The position numbers and the translations under genes were made by a program. DNA of 64,000 nt from Phoronis australis (Eukaryota > Animalia > Phoronida), in contig NMRA01000345.1 in assembly GCA_002633005.1 (NCBI GenBank), positions 382,494 through 446,493 on the forward strand, written 5' to 3'. Shown one piece after another: positions 37,996 through 49,712 of the stretch (position 1 is its first letter; every line of letters begins with the position of its first letter). The notes under the pieces are model-generated. The model saw only the letters and a program-made list of their open reading frames with translations. It ran no database searches and was not told the origin of the DNA.

Positions 37996-40900
37996 ATGGC
38001 CTACAAAGATCGGTAAGCCAATTTACCAAGGTAGGTCGCGGGAGTTTGGGGTAGGTGATAAATTCGAATTATTCTTCCGGGAAATGTAGACAGGAGAACA
38101 TAACTGCGTGTTTTAATTTTAGACTTACGATTTTTTCAGTTCTAAACACACAAAACGCTTGTTATCCCCGGCCAGTGGCTAAGAACCCGATCAGGCCCGT
38201 CGTGACCAGATTGACATCACGAACATAAACCAGCCAAAGATGGAAACTAAACTTCCAGTCGCGAAACGACTATACAAGTGAGCCACAGAAATGATGTGCA
38301 CGTGATTATTTTGGTGAATAAGCCGCGAAACTGTAAATCTACTTACTCGTCGGGGGCCGCGAAGTGCAGGTTTCCCTTCAAAACCGCCAGGGCAAAAGTT
38401 GTACAGTAACAATGATTCGAGTAATGTACATGTATATCTATATAAAGATTCCCCTAACATATAACCATACCATATAAAGTCGAATTATTGTTTCACAACA
38501 GATTTCTGTCAGCAAACACTGAATTTGTATGCGCTCATACGGCATTGGTGCCCGGTCAATTAGCTTTAATGCATCTCAAGCTGGTAACATAGTGATTTAC
38601 TCATTGCTGGCTTCTCAAAACACAGTTTACACTCACAAACACTCCAAAGGTATTACAAGTTGTATTTAACGAGACAGACTTTGAGCCTTGTTTCAGTTTT
38701 ATATAAGCATTGGTTAGGGTGAGAATAATTCATTTTGAAACACTAAGAAAACGCGCAATAATAAACGGAGATGATTCACGGCCTCATACATGGTATTAAC
38801 GGCGTACTTTTCATTCCTTACTACTGCTAGCCACTTATGAAGCACTTCGGGCTCTCGAGGAAATCAAAAAAAAACGATATACTCGCTTTCCTCGCTGCTT
38901 CATAGTTCGCCAAGCGGGAACGATAGACCACATCATAGCGGCACTCACTCTGCAGAAGAACCACTGACGTCGCTGCATCGTTTACGCACCTTCCACACAG
39001 GTTAACGCGACACCTCTCGGCGAGGTAAGATTGATCGTATACAAGGTGATGTGAATATAGACCGATTAAGACGGTGAAAAAGACTGATAAAATCGGGTGG
39101 CAATCTCTTTTAACTCAAATAGGACAAATATTCTTCGTACGCCAACTCTCAATTATCTGTACTATAAAAATCATATCTACTGCAATTGTTAATTTCTGAA
39201 TGCTTTTTAGCATTCCACAATCTTCAATTCGTTGTTTGCCGAATTACAGAACATACAAATCAAGTTCGGATCGCCTAGGCCATACAGCCAAACTTCACCA
39301 AATCCACATCTATAAAGTAGACCTTTTAATAAATATGCCCAGTTAATTCTACCGTTCTCACACTGTTGCTTTAACATGCTTTAACACTGAAACGGGTATC
39401 TAGACGAATGCATGTTCAATATTTTTGTCCTCAATATACAACTGGTTTACTCATATAAGTTTGGGAACAGCGTTTGGCTCTCACACTCGCCTCTTGCTAA
39501 AGCATTTGGCGTTTTTTACCTAATCTCAGAACGTATTTACAAAAGTCATTAACGCAAACTTGGTAACAAACACGACTGTACTTTCTGTTGTACAGCATGA
39601 TATACACTCGCTCATACTCTCTGTACAATTTCCGGTTCCCTGGTGAGCAGTTGTAAAGCTAATTGCCAATAGACGTTACAAGTAAAGAAGTTCAAATAGT
39701 AGCTATATTTCGAGAGCATATGTCTCATCCTCAAGCACCATCGGTAAAATGAACATGGCGGAAGCGAAATAACAGTGACAGCAGGTAGGAGGGTGAGAGT
39801 GAATGTAACACACGGTGCGAAGCCCACGAAACTAACGGAACAGATCCAACGTGCGGTAAACATCTATGAGCTGCTCATTCAGCAATTTTTCACGACCGCT
39901 TTACACAGACTTCAAAATCTTTAATCGAAATTTCGTATTTTCTACATAGAGCATAGTGATGTCGTCTACAATTTCTTTCCTAGGTAGTCTCCGGCCATGT
40001 TGATATAAGAAAGTCTTGAAAGGACCCACCCTGCAAATGCCTGGACAACCGTCGGGTGGCTGGGGATGTGACACGTGATCCCGAAATATAGCTAGTATAG
40101 CTTGTAATGTCTGTTGGCAATTTCTTTACCGGAAGATCGAAAATTGTACTTAGAAAATTGAACGAGTGCACATCAAGCTGTCCAACAGAAAGTATAGTCG
40201 TGTTTTTAATAAAGTTTGCGTCAATGACGGGCTGCTACCGAACTATACAAAAGTCTTTATGAACATTTTCAATATACATACAAATTGATGTACCCCATAA
40301 TTCGTATATCTGCTCAAATAATGGCGTTTCTGCAACGGCATAATCGATAATACCACATCCTTTGGATGATACAAATGTAAATTTGCAATCTGGCCGTTTA
40401 CACCAAACACAGGTTAATTAATTCTTTACCAAAGTCATTTGATCTACCATCTTAGTTTTTTCTAGGTTTGTCAAAATTATCATAATTATATACACTGTCA
40501 CACTGTTCAAGGATAGATATACATCTAATTATATCATCAACAATATAATCTGTATATGTATCTGTCCGTGAGATAAAATCGCCTAAAAAGTATTAGCCTA
40601 GAAATGCTTCTGTAAATCTGCAACATCGCTCTCTATACGACCTACACCACTGTCGAAGTTTTAGGTGGCAAGTACGCAATGCCCACATTATCTGGTTTTT
40701 CACTGCCACTAATACGAATAAAGATTATCTTTCAAGAGTGTTATTTGGTATAAAATTATTTTCCTTAATACTGTTTTACCTCCTGACATTGTCCCTTTTC
40801 CCACTTTTTGACGAATTGATAAAAACACAGCACAAGCGTCTTGAATATTATCAAAGTCATTTGGTGTTTTCGGAAATGATTCAACAAAACCTATGCAACG

Positions 40901-43900
40901 TTGCAGCTTTGAATAACCAAGTTAAGTTAAGTTGCCAATCATTTGCTGTTCCAGGGTCCTGTAGTTTGTGACCTTTTCTGGAGGTTGGGCGATTGCGTTG
41001 GAGATTCTACGAAGCGATGACCCTGGCCTATTCCTCGGATCCGCCATGTCTTGCGTTCAGCCTCTGTTCTAAGATTACCTCGTCGTGCGCTCTCGTATAT
41101 TACCGGGTAGGTACATTTTTCCCGAGCACAACAGTTTGTGGAAATTAATCTTCGCACTGTTCATGTTTGTTGACTAAGAATAATCATAGAGCTTTTATCT
41201 AGCTTGCTTCACACGTGCCAAATACCTTCAGTTATGTACTTTTTGGGATCGCCGATTTCTCTCTTCTTTTGCTGCACTTTGTGCTCGTCTTTTGCTCACA
41301 GCTTTGCAGTGATTTATCGGTATTTTCCCGAAAGATGTCGCGCCACCCTGTGTGCCCATTCTATTTTAATGCCCTCTAGTTTCAATTAAGCTTTAAGAAA
41401 AGTCTCGAGCGCCTCTGATACTTCCCATGTCTCACATCCTACCTCCTGCAACCCATAAAAATTATATTGCCACTGCGAGGTCTATTCTCCAGATCATCTA
41501 CCTTGTTTTGCAGATATCTCACCTGATCTTTAAGTACGTAGTTCTCTTTTCTCTTATCTCAGGAACTGGACGAGGCCCCCAGATAACTAAAAAAGAAACG
41601 CGCGATGCCCTTTCCCAGCCACAGTGTGAGCGATCTCGAAATCCTGAGATAATTCTCTCGGGATCTCAAGATCCTGAAACAATTAAGTCATGATCTCGAG
41701 ATTCTGAAATAATTAAGTCAATATCTCGAGATCCCGTTGTAATTAAAAAAAAAAAAACAAAAAAACGCGATGTCCATTCCCAGCCACCGTAAATTCCCGC
41801 GACCCGACTTCACCTAAGCTTATCGCACTCAGTGAAGAAGTTAAAAGCGACTAAAAATGTACAAGGTATTTTTCGCGAAACCCACATGCTTCATTGACAT
41901 ATGAATTTGTCATTTATACTGAATATCCGTTTGGATCGACTCATTACTTTAAGTCTATTCAGGTGAAGATAATTGTGCACTCACAGCTTTCCTTATCAGT
42001 CAAGCAGCAGAAGTCTGTTTAATGAAATTTTGTCTTGAGTAAACCCAGTTATTAGGTGGACCGATTTTTATGATTCGAAAACTGATTTCGGTTACTTTTT
42101 AAGTTCTAAATATTTGTGGAATCATTAATTATTGAAAATGTGTAGTTTTCAAAAAGCCGTTTTATACTTTGATAGGCAGAGATGTTTATTACATTTTAGG
42201 ACCCTGCCCGCAACCCTCGGTTAACTCAGGCTTGGCGTTGCGCACAATAGTGGCCGGGTATCTTGAGCTCGTCTGCATGCACCTTAGCAGGTTCAGAAGT
42301 CCGTGTAAATGACAAATCCATCTAGTATTGGCGAGGCATAGAACTGGAGTTCTCGTGATCGAGGTTTTCAAAAACCAGAAAGGTTCGCTGAAGAAGGTAA
42401 ATGCTTTTATAAGTACAACATTGGAATATTAGAGCCGTAGGAATCGGGGGGAGAAGGGGCCTGGGGGGGCATGTGGCCCCCCAATAATTATTAGGTGTCA
42501 GGATTAAGCCGTGGCAACTGGCACAGGCGTGGGGGAGGGGGGTAGTAAAGAACTTTGTCAACTACCAATGCTTAATTTACCCTTTAGGGACTCTGGCGTT
42601 TTTGTTGGAGGACTGCATTTGTCGGAGCATAGATGGTCTAAACGCACTTGAAAAGGTGCTGTCTATCACTCGTACATTTATTTCGAGGAAATCGATAACA
42701 TTTCCAAAGCACAGCTTTTGAGGAGCGTGTTAATTCATTGGATTTTCAAATTCAAGAAGACAATTTTGGGGAATGCAACACTATGCCTGTCCTATTGCTC
42801 ATTGACGTGGGTGGCCTAATTGTCGTTTACAAAATATTTCGACAAAGTACAAAATACATCAGAATCCAGTGACGTATACAACATAGTGATCTGGAAACGT
42901 TTCATATAATGTTATCGGTGATGTATTCCTTGACTCGCTAGCTTTGAAAAGCGGAAGTTTGGTGAAAACAGAGATCCACTGATATTCTTTCACCTGTAAG
43001 TCGCCAGGTTGATGAACTAGTTTGACTTACAACCGAGCAATAGAAGGTCTTATTTCTTGAAACCGAAGCGGCCAATGAAATTTCAAGAAACGCAGGTGGA
43101 AAAGTGCGCTGTAGCCAACCCCAACCAAGCTAGAGGGTCTGTGGAGGGGACAAAACCATTGTCTCACTAGTGCCACCTTTAGTGAATTTCGAGTCCCCCA
43201 TTGCGGTGAAATGTATGTGCTGTCTAACCATGTTAGCTTATAGCCGGTCTCCAGTGGAGGACGGGTGGTCGCATAGGTTCACCGATATTGTTTATGATCG
43301 ACCGATATTTGTCTGAATATATCTTTCGGTCACCAAATAGGGGAATCTCAATCAGTTTCGTATAAATAACAACTGAAGCAATGATTGGCCAGTAGTCCTA
43401 ATATTAAATGAGATTTTTACGATTGTAGTGCATGGATCGGTAAATATTGGATTGTGCGTTGACGCACTCTTTCACTAATGTCGCTTTCCCAACAACACCG
43501 CAACTTTCTTGTTTTGCGATGTTCCGCTCTTTGGGAAAGCTTAACTCCTACATTTAATCAAGTCGTCGCAATTCTTCTCAAAATAGTTGAATTGAAGTCC
43601 AGAGTTGTGCAACTCCGTTTCAGTGGGAAATGTTAACTCCACTTCAGGTCTGATGTGAAAGGTAAGTGGAGTTGCTGTGGAATTGAGATAGACCGAAGTC
43701 TTCGTTACGGCGTTGGTGGGAAAGCGGCATAAGATTTTGCGTTTGGCGACTTGAGCAACTTAAAGCGTTACTCAACGCTATTTTCTACGAAATAAGACTT
43801 GGTATCGACAAGTTAAATCATGCTGAAATTCTGGAAGATGCTGCTACAGTTATCAAATTAGCTGCTGGCTTGTTACTGGTTACTCCGTGTGGCGTACCAG

Positions 43901-46900
43901 AGTGAGCAACGAAATGCGCACGCTTTTGTTTCTCCCCGGGGTGAGGCGCGGTGTTTGTGGTGGATGCGACAACATAGATTTCAGTCAAGCTGTGGCACTT
44001 TTTGTCTTTCCATGGGAGAAGGTCCTGGCTGGAAGTGTCGCAATTTTGTGAGTGATAGAGTATGGGGCAATTCAGTTGAAGACTTGCCATGTTTGAGAAT
44101 TCCTCGGTTTGTAATGTTCACTTCGTCGAGTCTTACTTTGACGAGAGTACTGTAGTAATTGCCGAGACCACCCGACCCGGGAATCGAACCAGCTAGCCAC
44201 CCCTCGATAAAACTGGAAAGTGTCGTAACCATTTCGCTAATAGGCAAATGCCCGTTAGAGAATTGCTTTGGCAGAGGCTCATGATATGATTCTACAAATA
44301 GTCTTATCAACTCATTTATGCTACAAAATAAAATTAAAACTTTAATGCCAGTGTAAATTACAAAGAAATCTTCAGAAATTGATGTTTCAGTGGATTCTGA
44401 AACAGCCAGTCAAAGAGATATTCCACAGACGAGTTGCTTGCCAATTTCAAATGTCTACTAAAGAAGTTAGACGTACGTTGATGAATCTCTGGTGGCAAAA
44501 CTAATCAGGTCTAATAGTTTGATTATTTTGGCAGCTACTCTGATATTCCCATCATGTACATGTAGGCTCTGACACTACTACTAAGTTACTAAGTACACTT
44601 GGCAAGTGTACTTAGACCCTTTAGGCTGGCCGCCATTTTGAATTCCAATGTGGCTGCGGCCTTTTCATTGAGAATTTCTTGCTTGAACTTTCTATAACAA
44701 ATAAGGTATGACGTGTCGTTGAAAGTTATGAATATGTGTGTCAAACTTAAAATATGACGATGTCGAAATTCCTGATCCAACATTTCTTAAAATCCAAAAT
44801 GGCGGCTACTTACTATAGTGATATTCTAATTTCGATAAACACCTCAAAATTGACATGTACATCAACTTACATGCTTTTATAACAAAGTAAACAAGTTTGG
44901 TTCTTAACCAAACTCAACCCATACTTTGATTTGTTCATTATGATCTCTTCCTTGAAATTCACTATCATTTGCTGACATTTTGCAACATTTTTAAGATAAT
45001 AAACTCTTTAGTCCAAGTTACATACGTTTAGGTATTGACACCAATGTCACTTTTCTTTGATATGAACAACCAAAAGCAAATATACTTACTATGAGACTCT
45101 GGAGGCAGTTTTCAACTGCAATATGGCTGCCGTCACCTTTCTTCGCTGAAAAAATAATTTTGGTACGTCAAGTATTATGATTTTTTATGCCAACAAAATA
45201 AAGTGCGCAATGCCAAAAATGCTGTCATTATTTTAAAAAATCCAAGATGGCAGCCAGCTATTATGGTGATACGATGGTACCTAATCTGATGTTGATAAGC
45301 GCATCGAGATTGACGTGTGCGCCAATTTTAATGCTTTTATCAAAATGAACAATTTTGGTCTTTAACCGCTCCACTAAAACGCAAAAATGTTCACAGTCGA
45401 CGTTTTGATTGAACCACACAATCACCACAAACAAGCAAGTAAAACGAAAGTCTACTTCTCTGCCTTTCGACTCCATTCCTGGTTATGATTGCCTTATTCT
45501 CTCGACACGTCATCTGTGAATGTTTTTGCGTCTGTCTTTACTTTTGTTCACGTTCGATGCAGTTAAGCTCTAATGTGTAAAACTGTCTATTCAAGATCTA
45601 GTTAAAGCCGGAAGAAAACTGCAGAAATGAAGAGGAAGAGTTTTAACAGAAACCTCCAGTAAGTTCAAGTAACACAACCAGAAGGTGTCCCAACAACCCT
45701 TTTTGAACTTTATGCCCAGCGAGAGGCTTAGTGTACGAAACGAGACGAAACGAAAAGAGGGTTTATAAACTGTCATTGTTTTGCCGAGCAAACTAAAAAC
45801 GGTAGAAAGAAGCCTACGGTGAAAACTTGTTCAAGGCACTGTCTTATAACTAAGTTGAACATTTTTCCAAATCTGCGCATCATCCTTAAATCCGTAAAAT
45901 GGCGATTCAAATCTCCTGAAGGTGCGCTTCAAAAATTTTGTTTGCATGTTTTTAGATGTTTATGGTATTTTTTGCCTAGGGAGCAGAGACAGCAGAATAA
46001 CGGTAAAACACGTGCAGGGTGCCGTCTTTATAACTAACAGACCCGACTGCACAGGGGCAACATCCAGTGGTGTTATTGCATAGATGTATCGCTGTGATGA
46101 TGAGCTTGCATGACATTCATCGAATATCACTACTGAAAGTGTTGTCTTTTCTGTACGGGATTTGTGTTCAATGTAATAACACAATGCATCGGCTTGCAGA
46201 TTAGGAGACAGCTCTTATTTATCAGATGAGGATTGTTATATAATTACTGAGTCAAACGTTCATTAAAAATCAACATGTTGCTGTCCAGACCAAATATGTG
46301 ATAATTACCAAGGCAGTCACTTCGTCGCAGCTTTTACAAAAAGTGCCAAGATCGACACCCTGTAGAATTTTCCAAACTTTCGATGACTTGGCTCTGTAAT
46401 AACAGCGGACAGGAATGGACAATTGATTCCAAGTTTCGCGAACATAGAAACATGAGACAATTCCGAGAGCTGCGTTTCAAACATGACAAATTGTCCAAAT
46501 CGTGCAACATTTACACTTGAATGACGTTGAATTACCGTAATCTACAGTTGTTCTATTTTGTTTTACAGAATTCTGTTCGTGGCATTAATATTATGCTGCG
46601 TGGCGTGGTATTACTTGGCCCTGCATTGGGTGTTGCTACCCAGTCAACATTCCAAAAATGTAGAAGAAAAAAAGACGAACAAGTCCTTTCTGTATTATGT
46701 TCAGACATTGTCTTGTTTGTTTGAGTACTATCTCCAGCCAGATTTACTTGGAAATGCCTCTTTGTGCGACTGTGATGTTTTGGTACTCAGCTATAAGACA
46801 GAATGCTTACAAAATAATTTCCCACATATCAGGTGAGTTGGGCAAAATCACGGTCACGCGACTAGTGACTGATTTTGACATCATGACTGGCCTGGGCGCA

Positions 46901-48896
46901 ATAAAAACTCTTGCTCTCTCAAGACACATGAAAGAAGGCATAGCTTACAAAAAGCACACTCGATGGGGTTTCTCAAAGATGATGAGATTCAGCAAAGCTA
47001 TGTCTTTTTACCTAGTTACATCCACCGGAAAAAATTAAATTGACTAAAATTAACTAAAAATTGCGATTCTTGCCTTTTTGTACCTACATGTAAAATCGCA
47101 AATTCACGACTGCCCCTGTACAAGAGTGGAGACAAGATTCCAAATGCTCTTGCACTCTATATTCAAGAAATTTAGGTTAAAATATGTCATTTCCAACCAG
47201 GTGTTTGCCAATTTCCACTCGACTGAAGGATATTCGTGCCAAAATTTGCCCACTGCATGAATAAGGACGTGTTCTGAAAATGGCGAGACTTCCGTATCCG
47301 GGTAGATAAGAGCAGATGCCAATTTTCTGGACTTCATTTACTCAAAACAACTACTGCTAAATGCCATTCGTGATAATCACGTCCCATTTAATCCACAAAA
47401 TTACCATCAAACCTGATCCACATCCCATCGAAAAAGACGAGAGGTCTCTGAAGATCTGGGAAATCGAAAAGGTAATCCAGAAAACCAGGTTTAACTGTTA
47501 ATGACCCGAACCGCTTATTCATGGGGCCAGCTACCTGAAAATGTGCCTATATGGGTTTCATTCTTCAAAGATTTCATATAACCAACTGAAGCATCAGCGG
47601 ATGTGGTCAAGGGATGGCACGTGCTCCGGGAGCAACTTCTAAAGAGGCGCGAAAAAATTGGGGTGACGAAAACAGGTAGCGACAGAGGACCGCCCGTGAG
47701 ATTTGAGGGCAGTTGTTCATACTAGGGTCATAAAGTGCAAAATAGGATTACACAATCATCCACGTAAATCATAATGTACTCGAGTAGAGAATGATAGACA
47801 CTTACTTAGAGTTCCTACTAAAGTAGAGCGGATTATTTTTTAATGTTAAAAATAATTTTGAGTTCGATTTCGAGTAAAAAGATTAGCCCCCGGGCCGTAG
47901 TCTCCATTTTGCTAGGTGTGGGTAGAACCAATCCTTCCAATCCACATTTTACTACGCTTTTAAAAGCAGTGTGCAAAGCATTTAGGCGGTATACGATTAA
48001 CAAAGATGTACATTCTCATACGCATGTCGCAGGTGAGGATAATGAAGAGGTTATTACCGGAGCTCTGCGATAATTTTTAATTCTACGAACAATTTGTGCA
48101 TTCGATTTCAGGTATATATTCTCAAACAGAGTGACTTGGACAACGGGTCGAAACCTGTTGTACAGAAGCGCGAACATACTGATGGACCATTACAATCAGT
48201 ATACCTACCACACCTTCATGGACGAAGATATGCTTTGCAATTGGTCTGAAGGGCCTCACTTTGATGCCAATGTCAATCGACCAAATTTATCACCAATGCG
48301 GGCGTTCGAACAATTTTTATTACAAAATCTACCCGTTCACGGCAGCCCGCTTTACGTTGAAACCGAGGGATCTTGTAACAGCAGCATCAAATACGACATG
48401 GAACAGTTAATGAGAAAGTGTTTGTGGTTCTCGATGCGCACAACTTAACGGAACACTTCCTGCTATTTGTCTCGCAATTGACACGAGCGCTGCTGTCGCC
48501 AGTTTTCACAGGCATGCCATCGACAAGCTCTTGCCATACGATGAGCAATACGAGGCCAAATCTTGGTGGGTGTCTCAACAGATTCTGCATGTTCGATTGT
48601 ACGTGAGGTTCCACAAACAAAGTTTGACTTTCCTTCCAGTAACAGTTTGCAATCCGTCCCACTCCAAGTACCCTCGCGGGTTGATCTCGTACCAAGAAAT
48701 AGTAAACGCAGAGAAATTATTGTCGCCTCTTTCCAAACGAAACTTGTCCATTTGGTTCGAAGCGAACAAGATATTTGGCAAGCCGTATGGAGTACCCACG
48801 TGCCATATGATGCTAGACCCGACCATAAAGAGGACACGGAACTCAAATACGGAGATGTACATCATGGATAGCATTAACTCCAAGCGTTTTAATTAA
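37996..48896 (+). CDS. Uncharacterised type II membrane glycosyltransferase-like protein; frameshifted in the last exon (possible pseudogene or assembly error)
   Basis: Proposed exons 37996-38012, 39001-39024, 46569-46832, 48112-48896, all introns phase 2. Product: MAYKDRLTRHLSAR + hydrophobic anchor ILFVALILCCVAWYYLAL + CDVLVLSYK..TWTTGRNLLY..TFMDED (DxD-like)..RAFEQFLL..FHRHAIDKLLPY..SWWVSQ..NPSHSKYPR. +1 frameshift between 48414 and 48445. The last two exons are firm; the first two are inferred. Confidence 0.7.
39190..41540 (-). mobile_element. Heavily decayed LINE (CR1/L2/Crack-like): ORF1, APE endonuclease and ORF2 C-terminal remnants
   Basis: 41190-41540 reads KVDDLENRPRSGNIIF..ETWEVSE..IKIEWAHRV (ORF1). 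~40340-40450 reads NDFGKELINLC..FTFVSSKGCGIIDYAV (APE end). ~39210-39560 reads FCKYVLRL..GRINWAYLLKGLLYRCGFGEVW..KQRIEDC. Many stops and frameshifts. Confidence 0.7.
41588..41792. repeat. Short element with tandem ATCTCGAGAT-like motifs between direct repeats
   Basis: aaacgcg(cg)atg.cc.ttcccagccac occurs at both ends, with ~5 atctcga/aga motifs between. Confidence 0.5.
43479..43729. mobile_element. PIF/Harbinger (Tourist-like) MITE with TAA TSD
   Basis: TAA|tgtcgctttcccaacaacaccgcaac .. gttacggcgttggtgggaaagcggca|TAA. Confidence 0.8.
43870..44245 (-). mobile_element. Probable tRNA-derived SINE
   Basis: Minus strand has A-box-like TAGCGAAATGGTT and B-box GGTTCGATTCCC (44178-44240), followed by a GC-richer body; 3' boundary uncertain. 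Confidence 0.45.
44590..45376. repeat. Interspersed element with repeated (C/A)A(A/G)ATGGC(G/T/A)GC motifs (Helitron/Helentron-type)
   Basis: Motifs at ~44628-44657, 44793, 45121, 45241; internal duplicated segment ttgac.tgt..aa.tt..atgcttttat (44850 and 45310). Confidence 0.5.
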
Positions 48897-49464
48897 AATT
48901 CGGCACACTTGTTAGGCTGCCTGTGATATGTATCCGTCTGGGTGCGCTCTCTATGGTACGGACTTTTTTCTTTAATTATCTTTTATTGAACAAGGCACAT
49001 TTAAACAAAAATACACATTGAGCTCACTCGGACATCCACATCCACACAAACTTTGACCATTTTGGGAATCTGTAGCAAATCAAAATTGGACATATCTCCG
49101 TTATTGCACTTTATATTTGTTTCACCTCTGTATGATTATACACCTTACTTTCACGGGTAAATACATCATTGACCATTGCTCTTGGAGTTCGTTTTTCATT
49201 ACAGGTTCTAAGGGACATGGATATGATGTGGGCTGTTGATAATTATTACCTGTACAGTGTTACGTTTTGCGCTGCGAACTGTGTTCTTCAGCCAATCACC
49301 TTGTTCAGGGTGGCGTTCAGTAACTCTAGGACCTCGCTAAAATCAAGCCAAAATCAGGTGTTTCCATTTGAAATACACCGCCGTTTTTACAATATTCCAC
49401 ACACCTCAAGCAAAATACCTTATCTTCATTCTCGGAAACTTCAGATACGAAATATGTTACACTA

Positions 49465-49712
49465 GTTTTTGGCCAATAAACAGGAGAAAATTAAAAATAA
49501 AATCTGAGGCGCGATTCACATCCAAATCAGACCCACGGTGAGAGCTCACTCAACAGAAATGTTGTGTCATATGGTTTGCCGCTTGCCAATACTGCTGATG
49601 TACTGTGATGTTCATTTGGTATTATGATTGTATTTCCGGTCAGGGACATTGTTCCTGATGCTAGCTTATGTCAATAAACCGAAACGTTGACTTGGATATG
49701 AATGACGTCTCA
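49465..49712 (+). mobile_element. Penelope-like element 3' remnant: GIY-YIG C-terminal tail plus decayed hammerhead ribozyme
   Basis: With frameshifts it reads NRRKLKIK.EA.IHIQ..SLNRNVVSYGLP, followed by cCTGATGctagcttatgtcaataaaccGAAACGTT (49634-49688). Confidence 0.5.

Noticed and set aside
48960-49200. Possible 3' end of an L1/Tx1-like element on the minus strand
   Set aside because: Only an AATAAA and an A-rich tail; no convincing protein motif.
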